From Longimicrobiales bacterium (lineage in GTDB: Bacteria > Gemmatimonadota > Gemmatimonadetes > Longimicrobiales > Gaopeijiaceae), in assembly GCA_965218295.1 (NCBI GenBank), contig CBDCKN010000017.1, positions 70,088-134,087 of the forward strand: DNA of 64,000 bases. The letters are read 5' to 3'. Positions 42,613 through 53,278 of the stretch are shown piece by piece (the stretch's first letter is position 1; the number at the start of each line of letters is the position of its first letter). The notes under the pieces are model-generated. The model saw nothing but the letters and a program-made list of their open reading frames with translations. It made no database searches and had not been told where the DNA came from. The position numbers were made by a program, and so were the translations under genes.

Positions 42613-43980
42613 ATGAGATACCGTTCGACGAGACCAGAAACCGTAATCCGAGCCCGTGGTCGGGCCATTGGCGCCGTGCTGCTTATCGGGGTGACCCTGG
42701 CGAGCACGGCCAGGCCGGCCTTCGGCCAGAACCCCCCGGGCCTCACCGACGTAGTCGAGCAGGTCGCCGCGGTGGTGGGTGACTCCGTGATCCTGATGAC
42801 GGAGATCGATTCCTACCTTCTTCGGTTGGCTTCGCAGGGTTGGACGCGCCCCGAGACCACGGCCGAGCTCATGGCCTTCAAAGCCGACGTGCTCGATCTC
42901 CTCATCAACGAACAGCTGGTGATCCAGGATGCAGGGCGGGACAGCACTCTCGCGGTCAGTGAGGAGGAGCTGGAAGATCGGCTCCAGCTGGAGATCGACG
43001 GGCAGGTCCGTCAGTTCGGCACCCTCGCGCGGCTACAAGAGGCTCTCGCGGCGCAGAACATGACCATGTCCGTCTTCCGGGACCAACGCAGAGGCGCTAT
43101 CAAGCGTCAGCTACTGCAGGAGCGGTACATGGCGAAGAAGGGCCGGAGCGCCGCGGAGATCTACGTCTCCGAGGCGGAGCTCAGGGCCTTCTTCGACGAG
43201 AACCGGGAGCAGATGCCTCAGCTCCCTCCCACCGTCCGCTTCATGAATCTCCAGCTACAGCCCGAACCGTCCGACTCCGCCAAGGCAGCGGCGGTCGCGG
43301 AGGCGGAAAGCATTCTGCGGATGATCAGGGACGGCACCGCCGACGACTTCGGAGAGCTGGCGAAGCAGTACTCGGACGGACCGTCGGCTGGGAGCGGGGG
43401 AGAGCTCGGCTGGATCCGTCGTGACGGCAGCTTCGTCGAGGAGTTTGAAGAGGCCGCATTCCTGCTGTCGCCCGGGATGGTGAGCGTCCCGGTGGAGACC
43501 GACTTCGGGTACCACTTGATCCTGGTCGAACGGGTGCGAGGCGGAGAGCGACGGGTGCGGCATATCCTCATCCAGCCGGAGATCACGGAGGCGGATATCA
43601 CCGCCAACCTGGAACGTGCCATCGAGTTCAGGAATCGGCTCCTCGCCGGAGAGGAGATGGCGGATCTGTCCGACGAGCCCGTGGACACGCTGGATCTGAC
43701 CATCGCGGAGGTGAACCAGATCTCTGGCGCCTACGCTCGCGCCCTCCAGAACGCGGAGCCAGGTGACATCCTGGGCCCCCTGCGCTTCGAAGACCCCCGA
43801 TCCGAGAACACGATCGGGATCGTGAGGGTGATGGAAATCAAGGGCGGCGGGAAGCTCCAGTTCGAGGACGTCCGGGATCAGATCGAGGCCCGCCTAAAGT
43901 CCCAGCTCCTCAGCGAGAAAGTGGTCGAAGGCTTGAGGAACCGCGTATTCATCGAAATCCGCCTCGTCGGAGCGCGCTGA
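42613..43980 (+). CDS. surA: SurA-like periplasmic chaperone / peptidyl-prolyl isomerase
   Basis: Signal peptide, SurA N-domain (VAAVVGDSVILMTEID), parvulin segment VRHILIQ...GGELGWIRRDGSFVEEFEEAAFLLSPGMVSVPVETDFGYHLILV. Upstream of pdxA, as in the E. coli surA-pdxA arrangement. Confidence 0.8.
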   Translation: MRYRSTRPETVIRARGRAIGAVLLIGVTLASTARPAFGQNPPGLTDVVEQVAAVVGDSVILMTEIDSYLLRLASQGWTRPETTAELMAFKADVLDLLINEQLVIQDAGRDSTLAVSEEELEDRLQLEIDGQVRQFGTLARLQEALAAQNMTMSVFRDQRRGAIKRQLLQERYMAKKGRSAAEIYVSEAELRAFFDENREQMPQLPPTVRFMNLQLQPEPSDSAKAAAVAEAESILRMIRDGTADDFGELAKQYSDGPSAGSGGELGWIRRDGSFVEEFEEAAFLLSPGMVSVPVETDFGYHLILVERVRGGERRVRHILIQPEITEADITANLERAIEFRNRLLAGEEMADLSDEPVDTLDLTIAEVNQISGAYARALQNAEPGDILGPLRFEDPRSENTIGIVRVMEIKGGGKLQFEDVRDQIEARLKSQLLSEKVVEGLRNRVFIEIRLVGAR

Positions 43981-43995
43981 CGCAGCGTATCGGCC

Positions 43996-44940
43996 ATGTC
44001 GGCGATCCGTCTAGCGGTCACGCTCGGTGACCCACGGGGCATCGGGCCCGAGATCGTAGCGAAGGCCATCCGGAGCCTTCAGGACCGAAATGCCGCTTCC
44101 CCGGTCGTTCTGGTCGGCCCGCAAGGCTTCGACCCCGGACTTGGCCCCTACGAGTCGGTGGGTCCATTCGACGGGTCGGAGGCTTCGGCGGGCGTGGTGG
44201 CCGCCCTCGCCATAGAGCGTGCGGTGACCCTGGCCAGGGAAGGGTCGGTCTCGGCCATCGTCACGGGTCCCATTCACAAACCGGCGCTACGGGCGGCGGG
44301 CTATTCCGACCCAGGCCATACGGAGATGCTCCAGCGGCTCACCGGCTCCCCCGAGGTAGGGATGCTCATGGCGGCCGAGGAGACCAAGGGCGGTGGCCCC
44401 CTCCGCGTGCTCCTGGCCACGACCCACGTCGCGCTGAGAAGCGTGCCCGATCTCGTCAGCCGCCGAGTGCTGGTAGCTCAAACGGCCCTCTTGAGCGAAG
44501 CACTCAACACCGGCTGGGGAATCAAGGAGCCCCGGATCGGGCTGTGCGCTCTCAATCCCCACGCGTCCGACGGAGGCCTTTTCGGGGACGAAGAGGCCGT
44601 AGTGTTCTTCCCTGCCGTGGAGGAGCTCCGGAAGGCGGGGGTGGACGTCCGGGGCCCTCTTCCAGCGGATACGGTCTTCGGCCGCGCCCTCAGGGGGGAG
44701 TTCGACGCCGTGGTGGCGCCCTACCATGACGTGGGGATGGCCGCGTTCAAGACCGTCGCGTTCGGGCGGGGCGTAAACGTCACCCTGGGACTGCCCTTCG
44801 TACGAACGTCTCCCGACCACGGCACGGCCTTCGACCTGGTGGGAACCGACCGTGCCGACCCGTCTTCCATGGAAGAGGCGATCCGCTTGGCGGCATGCAT
44901 CGTGCAGAACCGTTTTGACACGCTGGCCCCCCAGGCTTAG
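43996..44940 (+). CDS. pdxA: 4-hydroxythreonine-4-phosphate dehydrogenase
   Basis: AVTLGDPRGIGPEI N-terminus, GHTE, LNPHASDGG, SPDHGTAFD motifs. Confidence 0.92.
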   Translation: MSAIRLAVTLGDPRGIGPEIVAKAIRSLQDRNAASPVVLVGPQGFDPGLGPYESVGPFDGSEASAGVVAALAIERAVTLAREGSVSAIVTGPIHKPALRAAGYSDPGHTEMLQRLTGSPEVGMLMAAEETKGGGPLRVLLATTHVALRSVPDLVSRRVLVAQTALLSEALNTGWGIKEPRIGLCALNPHASDGGLFGDEEAVVFFPAVEELRKAGVDVRGPLPADTVFGRALRGEFDAVVAPYHDVGMAAFKTVAFGRGVNVTLGLPFVRTSPDHGTAFDLVGTDRADPSSMEEAIRLAACIVQNRFDTLAPQA

Positions 44941-44946
44941 CTTTTC

Positions 44947-44973
44947 CTTCCGGGCACTCGTTGCTCCCGGAAG
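44947..44973 (+). other. perfect 8-bp stem hairpin between pdxA and ftsE
   Basis: CTTCCGGG-N11-CCCGGAAG, ending 3 nt before the first in-frame ATG of ftsE. No U-tract follows. Confidence 0.5.
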
Positions 44974-44976
44974 TGC

Positions 44977-45708
44977 ATGGGAAACACCAACTTACGGGGT
45001 CGCGACAACCGCGTGATCAAGCTCATTCAAGTCACGAAAGAGTACGCCCGGGCAGAGCCGGCCCTCGAAGACATCTCCTTCCACCTGCCCAAGGGACAGT
45101 TCGCCTTCCTCACGGGCCATTCGGGCTCGGGCAAATCCACCACGCTGCGGCTCGTCCACATGGTGGAGCGACCTACCCGGGGAGAGGTCCGGGTAAGCGG
45201 ATTCTCGTCGGAGCGCACCTCTCACCGCGAAGTCTGGAAGCTTCGCCGCCGTGTCGGCTACGTCTTCCAGGACTTCCGGTTGCTTCCGGACCGCACCGCG
45301 ATGGAGAACGTGGCCTTCGCCCTCGAGGTGACGGGTGCCTCCAGGAAACAGATCCGGCCCCGTGCGCAGCGGCTGCTCGCGCAGGTGGGGCTGGCCCCGA
45401 AGGCCGGCTCCGCGATTCACGAGCTCTCCGGTGGAGAGCAGCAGCGGGTGGCCATCGCCCGCGCGCTCGCCAGTGAGCCCCTCCTTCTCCTGGCCGACGA
45501 GCCCACGGGCAACCTCGACGACCGCGCCACGCGCGGCATGATGGAGCTATTCTGGGAGATCAATGCCATGGGCATGGCGGTGCTGATGGCCACACACGAC
45601 CTGGAGCTGGTCCGCCGGTATCCGTCGGCGCGTGTCCTCGAGCTTGACCAGGGCCGGCTGGTCTACGACTCGGACGAGAAGCAAGCGGTATCCGAGAGCG
45701 CGGACTGA
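44977..45708 (+). CDS. ftsE: cell division ATP-binding protein FtsE
   Basis: Walker A GHSGSGKST, signature LSGGEQQRVAIARAL, Walker B LLLADEPTGNLD. The canonical N-terminus VIKLIQVTKEY suggests an alternative GTG start at 45013. Confidence 0.9.
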   Translation: MGNTNLRGRDNRVIKLIQVTKEYARAEPALEDISFHLPKGQFAFLTGHSGSGKSTTLRLVHMVERPTRGEVRVSGFSSERTSHREVWKLRRRVGYVFQDFRLLPDRTAMENVAFALEVTGASRKQIRPRAQRLLAQVGLAPKAGSAIHELSGGEQQRVAIARALASEPLLLLADEPTGNLDDRATRGMMELFWEINAMGMAVLMATHDLELVRRYPSARVLELDQGRLVYDSDEKQAVSESAD

Positions 45709-45709
45709 C

Positions 45710-46567
45710 GTGCTGTATTCCACACGCGAAGCCGTCATGGCTTTCCGGCGAGCCCCGCTCCTGACGAGCCTGTCGGCCGCCATGGTGGGCCTGGCGCTCT
45801 TCGTGGTCGGATTGTTTGCGCTGGCGGCTCACAACCTGAGGCTCGCCCTTGACATCCTGGAGGAACGGGTGGAGATCGTGGCGTACCTCCGGGACGACGC
45901 GAGCACCGACGAGATCGCCAACATGGAGAGGGCTCTCTCGGCCTTGCCCGAGGTCCTCACCATCGAGTTCGTCACGAAGGACGAGGCGCTCGCAAAGGCA
46001 CGCCGGGAGCTCCCCGAATTCCGCGAAGTGATGACGGACCTGGAGGTGAACCCTCTCCCGGCTTCGTTGGAGATAGAGCTCCGACCGGGCAGCCGGACGC
46101 CGGCCACCGTCGAGCGATTGGCCCAGCAGGCGAGGCTGTATCCCTTCGTGGAGGAGGTCCAGTACGGTCAGGAGTGGGTGGAAAAGCTCTTCACCCTCCG
46201 GCGCATGGGCGGTGTTACCGCCACTGTGCTGGGTTCCGCCTTCGCCGTGGTGGCCGCCCTCATCATAGGAACGGCGGTACGGATCGCCATCTTCGCCAGG
46301 CGTGAGGAGATCAAGGTGATGCAACTCGTGGGCGCCCGGGACGGCTTCATTCGGCGTCCCTTTCTCATCGAAGGCGGGATCACGGGGGCCTTGGGCGGAG
46401 CCCTGGCGATCGGACTCACGTACGCGACCTTCAGAGCGGTCTTCCACTATCTCTTCTCCATAGCCTGGATCCCCGTGGAGTGGGCCGGCGCGGGGCTTTT
46501 GATCGGAGTCGTCTTCGGTGTCATCGCCAGCAGCTTCGCCGTGCGCAAGCACCTGAGGGAAGTCTGA
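45710..46567 (+). CDS. ftsX: cell division permease-like protein FtsX
   Basis: Four TM helices with a periplasmic loop domain. The GTG follows the ftsE stop directly. C-terminal FAVRKHLREV. Confidence 0.86.
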   Translation: MLYSTREAVMAFRRAPLLTSLSAAMVGLALFVVGLFALAAHNLRLALDILEERVEIVAYLRDDASTDEIANMERALSALPEVLTIEFVTKDEALAKARRELPEFREVMTDLEVNPLPASLEIELRPGSRTPATVERLAQQARLYPFVEEVQYGQEWVEKLFTLRRMGGVTATVLGSAFAVVAALIIGTAVRIAIFARREEIKVMQLVGARDGFIRRPFLIEGGITGALGGALAIGLTYATFRAVFHYLFSIAWIPVEWAGAGLLIGVVFGVIASSFAVRKHLREV

Positions 46568-46569
46568 CC

Positions 46570-47781
46570 GTGTCCCCGGTTCGGTCCGTGGCTATCCCCG
46601 CACTACTGGCGGCGGCTCTCTTGGGGCCGCCGAATCTCGCCGGCCAGGCTGGAGACATCCGCAGAGAGATCCTCGAGAGCCAGCGCCGCCTCGAGGAGGT
46701 CCGGGCCGAGCGGGAACTCCTTCGGCAGGAGATGTCCAACCTGGAGGGTCGTGTCCGCGACGCGTCCGGCGAGCTCGCCAACATCGAGCGACAGCTCAGC
46801 GCCTCCCGGTCGGCCTTGGGCGAAGTCGACTTTCAGGTGAACGTCGTCGCCGACGAGATCGAGGGCACGTCACGGGACCTGGTGGTCACCAGGGAACGGC
46901 TGCGGACTGGTGCCGCCGTGCTCAACCGCCGGCTCCGGGACATCTACAAGCGGGGCCCCCTCCATGAGGTGCGCGTCATGCTTGGAGCCGCATCCTTCCC
47001 GGACATGCTCACCCGGTATCGGTACCTGCGCCTTATCGCCTCGTACGATCGCACCCTGCTGGAGAGGGTTCAGGAGCTCGAGTCCGAGCTGGTCGTGGAG
47101 AACGACGATCTCCAGAGCCACATGTCCAACCTCGGCCGTCTGAGGCAGGCCAAGCAGGGAGAGGTCGCCTCGCTCCGCTCGGTGGAGGAGCGGCACAGGC
47201 GGGCGCTGGAGAACTACCGAGCCGAGGAACGGCGGGCGGGAAGCCGTCTGGAGGAGCTGGACAGTGACGAGATTCGTCTCACGCGGCTGGTCACCGACCT
47301 GGAGGCCCGGCGCATCGAAGTTGAGCGCCGGGCGGCCCGCGGAGGCACCCCGTCCATCTCCTCCGAAGACGCGGGCTCGCTGGACTGGCCGGTGGACGGC
47401 GAGCTGATCTATCGCTTCGGTCGAGAGCAGAGGCCGAACGGGATCGTCCTCAGATGGAACGGCATCGGGATCCAGGCCTCCACCGGCACGCCGGTGCGGG
47501 CCGTCCGATCCGGTACGGTCGTGCTGGCCGGGCCCTTCGAGGGGTACGGACCCACCGTGGTCCTGAGTCACGGTGAGGGCTTCTACACACTCTACCTCTA
47601 CCTCGAGGACATCGGAGTAATCCAGGGGCGGCAGGTCGAGGCGGGTCAGGTCGTAGGGACGGTCGGGGGGTCCGATACGTCGGAAGGTCCACACGTCGAG
47701 TTCCAGGTCAGGGCGCCGGTGGACGGAGGGACCCCCCAGGCCAGGGATCCGCTCCAATGGCTTCGGCCCCGAGGAAGGTGA
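46570..47781 (+). CDS. EnvC-like murein hydrolase activator (coiled coil plus M23/LytM domain)
   Basis: Signal peptide, long coiled-coil region, C-terminal M23 domain (GIGIQASTGTPVRAVRSGTVVLAG...HVEFQVR). Positioned after ftsEX. Confidence 0.82.
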   Translation: MSPVRSVAIPALLAAALLGPPNLAGQAGDIRREILESQRRLEEVRAERELLRQEMSNLEGRVRDASGELANIERQLSASRSALGEVDFQVNVVADEIEGTSRDLVVTRERLRTGAAVLNRRLRDIYKRGPLHEVRVMLGAASFPDMLTRYRYLRLIASYDRTLLERVQELESELVVENDDLQSHMSNLGRLRQAKQGEVASLRSVEERHRRALENYRAEERRAGSRLEELDSDEIRLTRLVTDLEARRIEVERRAARGGTPSISSEDAGSLDWPVDGELIYRFGREQRPNGIVLRWNGIGIQASTGTPVRAVRSGTVVLAGPFEGYGPTVVLSHGEGFYTLYLYLEDIGVIQGRQVEAGQVVGTVGGSDTSEGPHVEFQVRAPVDGGTPQARDPLQWLRPRGR

Positions 47782-48926
47782 GCCTCCACCCCTTGGTCGG
47801 GCACGACGCTGTCCGCTCCTCGCTCGCCCTCGCCTGGCAGTGGGGCTCTCTTTCCGTCAGCCTGCTCATCCGCGGGCCCAGAGGCGTCGGGAAGCAGCGA
47901 CTGGCCCTGTGGCTGGGCCAGTTTCTCCTGTGCACGGATCCCACGCCGGACGGTCCCTGTGCCGCGTGTAAGGCGTGCCGGCTGTCCGTATCCTTGGAGC
48001 ATCCGGATCTCCACTGGTACTTCCCGCTCCCGAAGCCGCAACGGGTCCGGCCGGACAAGCTCGGGGACGCCATGGAAGAGGCCCGCCACCAGGCCCTGGC
48101 CGACCGCCGAGAGAACACGCTCAGACCGGCCGTGACAGCCGAGGAGCCGACGGGCCTCTACTTTGCTGTGGCCCAGCACCTGCGCTCGCAGGCTCAGAAG
48201 CGGCCGGCCATGGGTCCCAGGCAGGTCTTCGTCATCGGCGAAGCGGAGACCCTCGTGCCCCAAGAGTCCAGCCAGGCCGCAGCCAACGTGCTGCTGAAGC
48301 TCCTCGAGGAGCCACCCTCCAGCACGCTCCTCATCCTGACCTCCAGCGAGCCGGGTCGCCTCCTGGCCACGATCCGCTCCAGGACCATGCCGCTTCACCT
48401 GCCTGGACTCCCGGACCATGAGGTTGAGGCGTTCCTCGTCGAGGTGGCCGGAGCGGACCCGGAGAGCGCGGGCCGGGCGGCGCTCTTGGGGAGAGGCTCC
48501 ATAGGCCGCGCCCTGGGGTTTCTCCCTGCCGGTGACGACCCGGGGCCGCTGGAAGAGCTCCGACAGAAGGCCTTTCGTCTTTTGAAGGTGGCTTCCGCCC
48601 CGGATGCCGGTTCCATCTACAGGCAGTCTCTCGAATTCCAGCCCGTCCGTGGTCGCGGCCTGATACCGCTCCTCGATCTGTTGGAGGATGCCCTCAGGGA
48701 CCTGTCCGCCACGGCCGCGGGAGCTCCCGAGAAGGTCATCAGCCTCGATACTGCAGAGTTCCTGGAACGGACCCGGACCGAGTGGGATATCCATCCTGTC
48801 GCGGTCGCCGACGCCTTCGAGAGGTTGCAGGAAGCCAAGGAGCTGGCGGCGGGGAACGTCAACCCTCAACTCGTGGTGGCGGGGCTCTTGACCGGGATCC
48901 GAGAGGCACTGAATGGCAGCGTCTGA
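47757..48926 (+). CDS. holB: DNA polymerase III delta-prime subunit
   Basis: [20 protein letters not shown], zinc module [15 protein letters not shown] sensor region. Confidence 0.8.
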   Translation: MASAPRKVSLHPLVGHDAVRSSLALAWQWGSLSVSLLIRGPRGVGKQRLALWLGQFLLCTDPTPDGPCAACKACRLSVSLEHPDLHWYFPLPKPQRVRPDKLGDAMEEARHQALADRRENTLRPAVTAEEPTGLYFAVAQHLRSQAQKRPAMGPRQVFVIGEAETLVPQESSQAAANVLLKLLEEPPSSTLLILTSSEPGRLLATIRSRTMPLHLPGLPDHEVEAFLVEVAGADPESAGRAALLGRGSIGRALGFLPAGDDPGPLEELRQKAFRLLKVASAPDAGSIYRQSLEFQPVRGRGLIPLLDLLEDALRDLSATAAGAPEKVISLDTAEFLERTRTEWDIHPVAVADAFERLQEAKELAAGNVNPQLVVAGLLTGIREALNGSV

Positions 48927-49425
48927 TCAGGACGACATCCCGGGTAACGGAGGTCTGACCCACTTGGACCCCAAAGGGCACGCCCGCATGGTGGACGTCT
49001 CAGAAAAGAACGTCTCCCAGCGCATCGCCGTGGCCGAAGGCCGTATCCGCATGTCGCCCGAGACCCTGGCCGCCATCGAGGCAGGCGACGTGAAGAAGGG
49101 CGACGTGCTCCAGGTGGCCCGCTTGGCCGCCATCTCGGCCGGAAAGCGCACCGGAGATCTCATTCCACTCTGCCACGTCCTTCCGGGAGCCTCCTTCAGC
49201 ATTGAGGTGGCGACGGATCCGGCCCTCCCGGGAGTCGTCGTGCGAGCCGAGGTGAAGGTCGCCGGGCAGACCGGAGTGGAGATGGAAGCCCTCACCGCTG
49301 TGACCGTAGGCCTGCTTACTGTGTACGACATGGCCAAGTCCCTGGATCGCGGCATGGTGATCGAGGGAGTCCGCCTCCTCCTGAAGGAGGGTGGGAAGTC
49401 CGGTCGGTGGTCCGCCGATGTTTAG
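48913..49425 (+). CDS. moaC: cyclic pyranopterin monophosphate synthase
   Basis: [61 protein letters not shown]. Confidence 0.93.
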   Translation: MAASDQDDIPGNGGLTHLDPKGHARMVDVSEKNVSQRIAVAEGRIRMSPETLAAIEAGDVKKGDVLQVARLAAISAGKRTGDLIPLCHVLPGASFSIEVATDPALPGVVVRAEVKVAGQTGVEMEALTAVTVGLLTVYDMAKSLDRGMVIEGVRLLLKEGGKSGRWSADV

Positions 49426-51049
49426 ACGCCAGAAGGCAACTCGATTCACTCTCAGAGAAGCGTCCGTGAGACACCCATTCCCGGTTCTTTTCGTGATCCT
49501 CGAGGTCGGCGCCTGCGCCGGCGGCGGCGCCCACACCCAGCCCGCGGCGCCTCCAGCCCAACTGGAGGCCACGCGCCCCGGAGCCGACTACACGGGCTCC
49601 ACTACCCGGGCGGCAGCAACCATCAGGGCGGACGAGATTCTCGAGCACATCGAGTTCCTCGCCAGCGACGAGTTGGGGGGTCGCGACACTCCGAGCCCTG
49701 GCCTCGAGGCTGCGGCCGAATACCTGGCCGCGGAGCTCGAAAGCGCCGGCCTCGAGCCCGCCGGCGACGACGGCACGTTCTTTCAGCGCTTCCCCTACAC
49801 TCGCACCGCCATGGTCCCCGAGCGTAGGCGTCTAGGATACGAGAGTCCCTCCGGAGCGGAGGAGCTCGAGTTCGGACGAGACTACTACGTGATTCCCGGA
49901 CAGCAGATCGCCGACGACACGGAGGCCGTCTTCGGCGGCCGGGCCGGGCAGCCGGCCGCCGACCTCGTACAGGTGGCCCAGGGCAAGGTCCTCCTCTTCG
50001 CTACCGACGGGAATCCGGTGGTGGGCACGGGCGAGGCACTCATGAACGCGTTCCAGGCTGCCGCGCAGGGAGGAGCCTCCGCGGTGGTCCTCCTTCTGGA
50101 CGACACGAACACTCCCGACAGCATCCTCGACCTGGCCAGCGGGATCCAGGGCGCCGGATTGGCCACCCCACTTCCCGTCGTCGGCCTGTCCCCCGAGAGA
50201 TCCCGTGAGCTATTCGCGGCTGCCGGCCTGGACCTGCCGTCCCTGCGCGAGTCCCCTCCGGAGAGCGCCATCACCCTGGACGGGGTCACCATGACGGTGG
50301 CAGCACCCTTCGAGATATCGGAGCACACTCCCCCCAACGTAGTAGCCATGTTCACGGGAAGTGACCCCGTCCTCCGGAACGAGTACATCGTCTACAGCGC
50401 CCACTTCGACCACGTGGGCATCGGGATGCCCAACGAAGCCGGGGACTCCATCTACAACGGGGCCGACGACGACGCGTCCGGCACCTCGGTGCTCCTTGAG
50501 ACCGCGGCCGCGTTTGCGGCCATGGATGTGATCCCGGCACGCTCCGTGATCTTCCTTGCCGTGAGTGGAGAGGAGAAGGGGCTCCTCGGATCGAAGTACT
50601 TCTCCGAGAATCCCACGGTGCCCATCGGCGACATCATCATGAACATCAACATGGACATGGTGGGCAGAAACTATCCCGACACAGTCATCGCCGTGGGCCG
50701 ACAGTACACCAATCTCGGCGCCCTTACGGACCGTATCCTCCAGGAGCACCCCGAGCTCGGGTTCACGGTCATCGAGGATCCGAAGCCCGAAGAACAGGCC
50801 TTCTTCCGGAGCGATCACCTCCAGTTCGTCAACAAGGACATCCCCGCGATCTTCTTCACCACGTGGGACCACGAGGACTACCACAAGCCCTCCGACGAAG
50901 CACATCTCATCGACTCGGAGAAGACGGCGCGCATCGCGAAAATGGTGTTCTACCTGGGCGCGCGCATCGCCGGTGGGGACGAGGATCCGGAGTGGACGGA
51001 GGACGGCCTGGCCGAGGTCCAACGGATCATCGCCGAGAGCGGGAATTGA
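49418..51049 (+). CDS. M28-family lipoprotein aminopeptidase with a PA domain
   Basis: Lipobox LEVGAC. Metal ligands in [41 protein letters not shown] at 49418 overlaps the end of moaC. Confidence 0.82.
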   Translation: MFRRQKATRFTLREASVRHPFPVLFVILEVGACAGGGAHTQPAAPPAQLEATRPGADYTGSTTRAAATIRADEILEHIEFLASDELGGRDTPSPGLEAAAEYLAAELESAGLEPAGDDGTFFQRFPYTRTAMVPERRRLGYESPSGAEELEFGRDYYVIPGQQIADDTEAVFGGRAGQPAADLVQVAQGKVLLFATDGNPVVGTGEALMNAFQAAAQGGASAVVLLLDDTNTPDSILDLASGIQGAGLATPLPVVGLSPERSRELFAAAGLDLPSLRESPPESAITLDGVTMTVAAPFEISEHTPPNVVAMFTGSDPVLRNEYIVYSAHFDHVGIGMPNEAGDSIYNGADDDASGTSVLLETAAAFAAMDVIPARSVIFLAVSGEEKGLLGSKYFSENPTVPIGDIIMNINMDMVGRNYPDTVIAVGRQYTNLGALTDRILQEHPELGFTVIEDPKPEEQAFFRSDHLQFVNKDIPAIFFTTWDHEDYHKPSDEAHLIDSEKTARIAKMVFYLGARIAGGDEDPEWTEDGLAEVQRIIAESGN

Positions 51050-51146
51050 TGGCGGCCAAAACCCGTTCCGAGACCGGAGAGGGCCCTGGACCCAGCAGGA
51101 GCCGGGCCAGTATGTCGTGTACTCGCATCGGTAAGTGCGGCGGCCT

Positions 51147-52625
51147 TTACATGTAGTAGTTCGGGGCTTCCCGAGTGATGGTGACATCGTGGGGGTGCGA
51201 TTCCCGGAGCCCGCCGGGGGTCACGCATACGAACGTGGCCTTCTCTCTCAGCTCCTCGAGGCTCGCCGCCCCACAATAGCCCATTCCGCTCTGGAGTCCC
51301 CCCACGAGCTGGAAGACCGTGTCGGACATAGGGCCCTTGTAAGGCACCCGGGCCTCGATGCCCTCGGGAACCAGCTTCTGCCCCTCCGTCTCCGGATCCT
51401 GGAAATAGCGGTCCGCCGATCCCTCCTGCATCGCGGAAAGCGAGCCCATGCCTCGGACGGTCTTGAAGCGCCGGCCCTCCATGAGGAAGCTCTCGCCCGG
51501 CGATTCCTCGGTCCCGGCGAACATGGACCCCATCATCACCGACTCGGCTCCTGCAGCCAGCGCCTTGACCATGTCACCGGAGTAGCGGATACCGCCGTCG
51601 GCGATAATCGGAATCTCACCCTGAACGCCCTCGACGGCGTCCATGATGGCGGTGAGCTGCGGCAGCCCCACCCCGGTGACTACCCGAGTCGTACAGATCG
51701 ATCCCGGGCCGACTCCGACCTTGATGGCGTCCGCGCCCCTTTCCAGAAGAGCGGCGGCTCCCTCGGTCGTCCCGACATTGCCCGCCACGATCTGTGCGTC
51801 GGGGAACCTCTCCCGGGTACGAGCCACAGCCTGGAGCACGCCCTCCGAGTGGCCATGGGCGGTATCGACCACCAGCACGTCGACGCCGGCCGCCACGAGC
51901 TCCGCCGCACGGTCCAGGTCCCTGTGGGATGCGCCGATGGCTGCCCCGACGCGGAGACGCCCGTGCTCGTCCTTGCAGGCGTCCGGGAACAGCCGCCGCT
52001 TGAAGATGTCCTTCACGGTGATCAACCCCTTGAGGACCCCATCCGCGTCGACCACCGGGAGCTTCTCGATGCGATGCTCGTGAAGGACCCGCTCCGCGTC
52101 CTCGAGGGTCGTGCCTTCTGGAGCCGTCACCAGCCCATCCACCGTCATGACCTCACGGATCGTGCGATCCAGGTCGGTTTCGAACTGCAGGTCGCGGTTG
52201 GTGACGATCCCGATCAGGCGACCCCCGTCCTCGATGATGGGCACTCCCGAGATGGAGAAGCGAGCCATGAGCCCGCGGGCGTCGCGCAGCGTCTTCTCTG
52301 GAGGCAGCGTGATGGGATCCAGGATCATGCCGCTCTCGGAGCGCTTGACCCGGTCGACCTCCTCGGCCTGGCGGTCGATGGACAGGTTCTTATGGATGAC
52401 CCCGAGCCCCCCCTGCCGAGCGATGGCGATGGCCATGCCCGACTCCGTCACCGTATCCATGGCAGCCGTGAGGAGTGGGATGTGGAGCTCGATCTGCTTC
52501 GTCAGGGAAGACTTGACCGAGGTGTCCTTCGGGTGCACGGTCGAATGCCCGGGCACCAGGAGCACGTCATCGAACGTCAGGGATTCCTTGACTATCACCG
52601 CCATGAGGCCATTCCGATCACCCAT
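51147..52625 (-). CDS. guaB: inosine-5-prime-monophosphate dehydrogenase
   Basis: [13 protein letters not shown] pair, catalytic loop [17 protein letters not shown]. Alternative ATG at 52604 ([13 protein letters not shown]). Confidence 0.96.
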   Translation of the reverse strand: MGDRNGLMAVIVKESLTFDDVLLVPGHSTVHPKDTSVKSSLTKQIELHIPLLTAAMDTVTESGMAIAIARQGGLGVIHKNLSIDRQAEEVDRVKRSESGMILDPITLPPEKTLRDARGLMARFSISGVPIIEDGGRLIGIVTNRDLQFETDLDRTIREVMTVDGLVTAPEGTTLEDAERVLHEHRIEKLPVVDADGVLKGLITVKDIFKRRLFPDACKDEHGRLRVGAAIGASHRDLDRAAELVAAGVDVLVVDTAHGHSEGVLQAVARTRERFPDAQIVAGNVGTTEGAAALLERGADAIKVGVGPGSICTTRVVTGVGLPQLTAIMDAVEGVQGEIPIIADGGIRYSGDMVKALAAGAESVMMGSMFAGTEESPGESFLMEGRRFKTVRGMGSLSAMQEGSADRYFQDPETEGQKLVPEGIEARVPYKGPMSDTVFQLVGGLQSGMGYCGAASLEELREKATFVCVTPGGLRESHPHDVTITREAPNYYM

Positions 52626-52727
52626 AAACGAGACGCCCGCCCACCCAGAATCTCCGGCTGAGACCCTCGGCGAACAGGCGCTTTATTGGTCACCATGGAA
52701 GATCTTACCTGAAGGCGTCTCGGGGTG

Positions 52728-53117
52728 TCAACCCTCCTCTTCCGGAGGGTCGCTGGACTCTCCGCCCTCGTCGTTTTTCGATTCATCGAGGCTCGGGACG
52801 TCGGGCAGGGAGGGCTCTCCGAGGGACGGCGTCAACTCCTCCATGAGCTGCTTGCCGGCCGATGACACGGTGGAGAGGACACGGTCGGCAGCGGAGATGA
52901 GCTGAAAGGCCTCCCGTAGCGTCGCGGGACTCATGGCCTTCTTCCGGAGCTTGTCCTCCATGGCCTCCGCGAATCTCTGGAGACCCGACGCTTCCTGGGC
53001 GATGTCGGTGGCGTACTTGCTCTCGAGGAACTCGATGTAGTCGAGGATCTGATAGACCTGCTCCTCGGGCAGGCTCTCGATCTTTCGCATGAGGCGCTGC
53101 CGGAGTACGTCGTGCAT
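52728..53117 (-). CDS. hypothetical protein (N-terminal DUF2281-like helix, acidic C-terminus)
   Basis: 129-aa ORF. N-terminal KIESLPEEQVYQILDYIEFLESKY. C-terminal D/E/S-rich tail. No catalytic motif recognised. Confidence 0.45.
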   Translation of the reverse strand: MHDVLRQRLMRKIESLPEEQVYQILDYIEFLESKYATDIAQEASGLQRFAEAMEDKLRKKAMSPATLREAFQLISAADRVLSTVSSAGKQLMEELTPSLGEPSLPDVPSLDESKNDEGGESSDPPEEEG

Positions 53118-53278
53118 GACCGTTATTCCCGAGTTGGTTGCAGGTCCCGGTGAAAAGGGGCTTCGAGCAAGTTAACACAGGCCCCGGGGAGGAAGCGACG
53201 GCTTTGCAGGGCCGATCGAGGCCAATATCGTGCACCCCCGTTCCGGAACTCCCCCATCCCTACGGGGCTAGAGGCCGC

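Noticed and set aside
51135-52661. A 508-aa plus-strand ORF. Similar long ORFs occur at 54392..56236, 45560..46552, 2395..3726, 22118..23443 and 24481..25464.
   Set aside because: All are antisense or alternate-frame shadows of strongly supported genes (guaB, acs, ftsX, ccmF, mrp, wzc). They have no motifs and a biased R/G/P/H composition.
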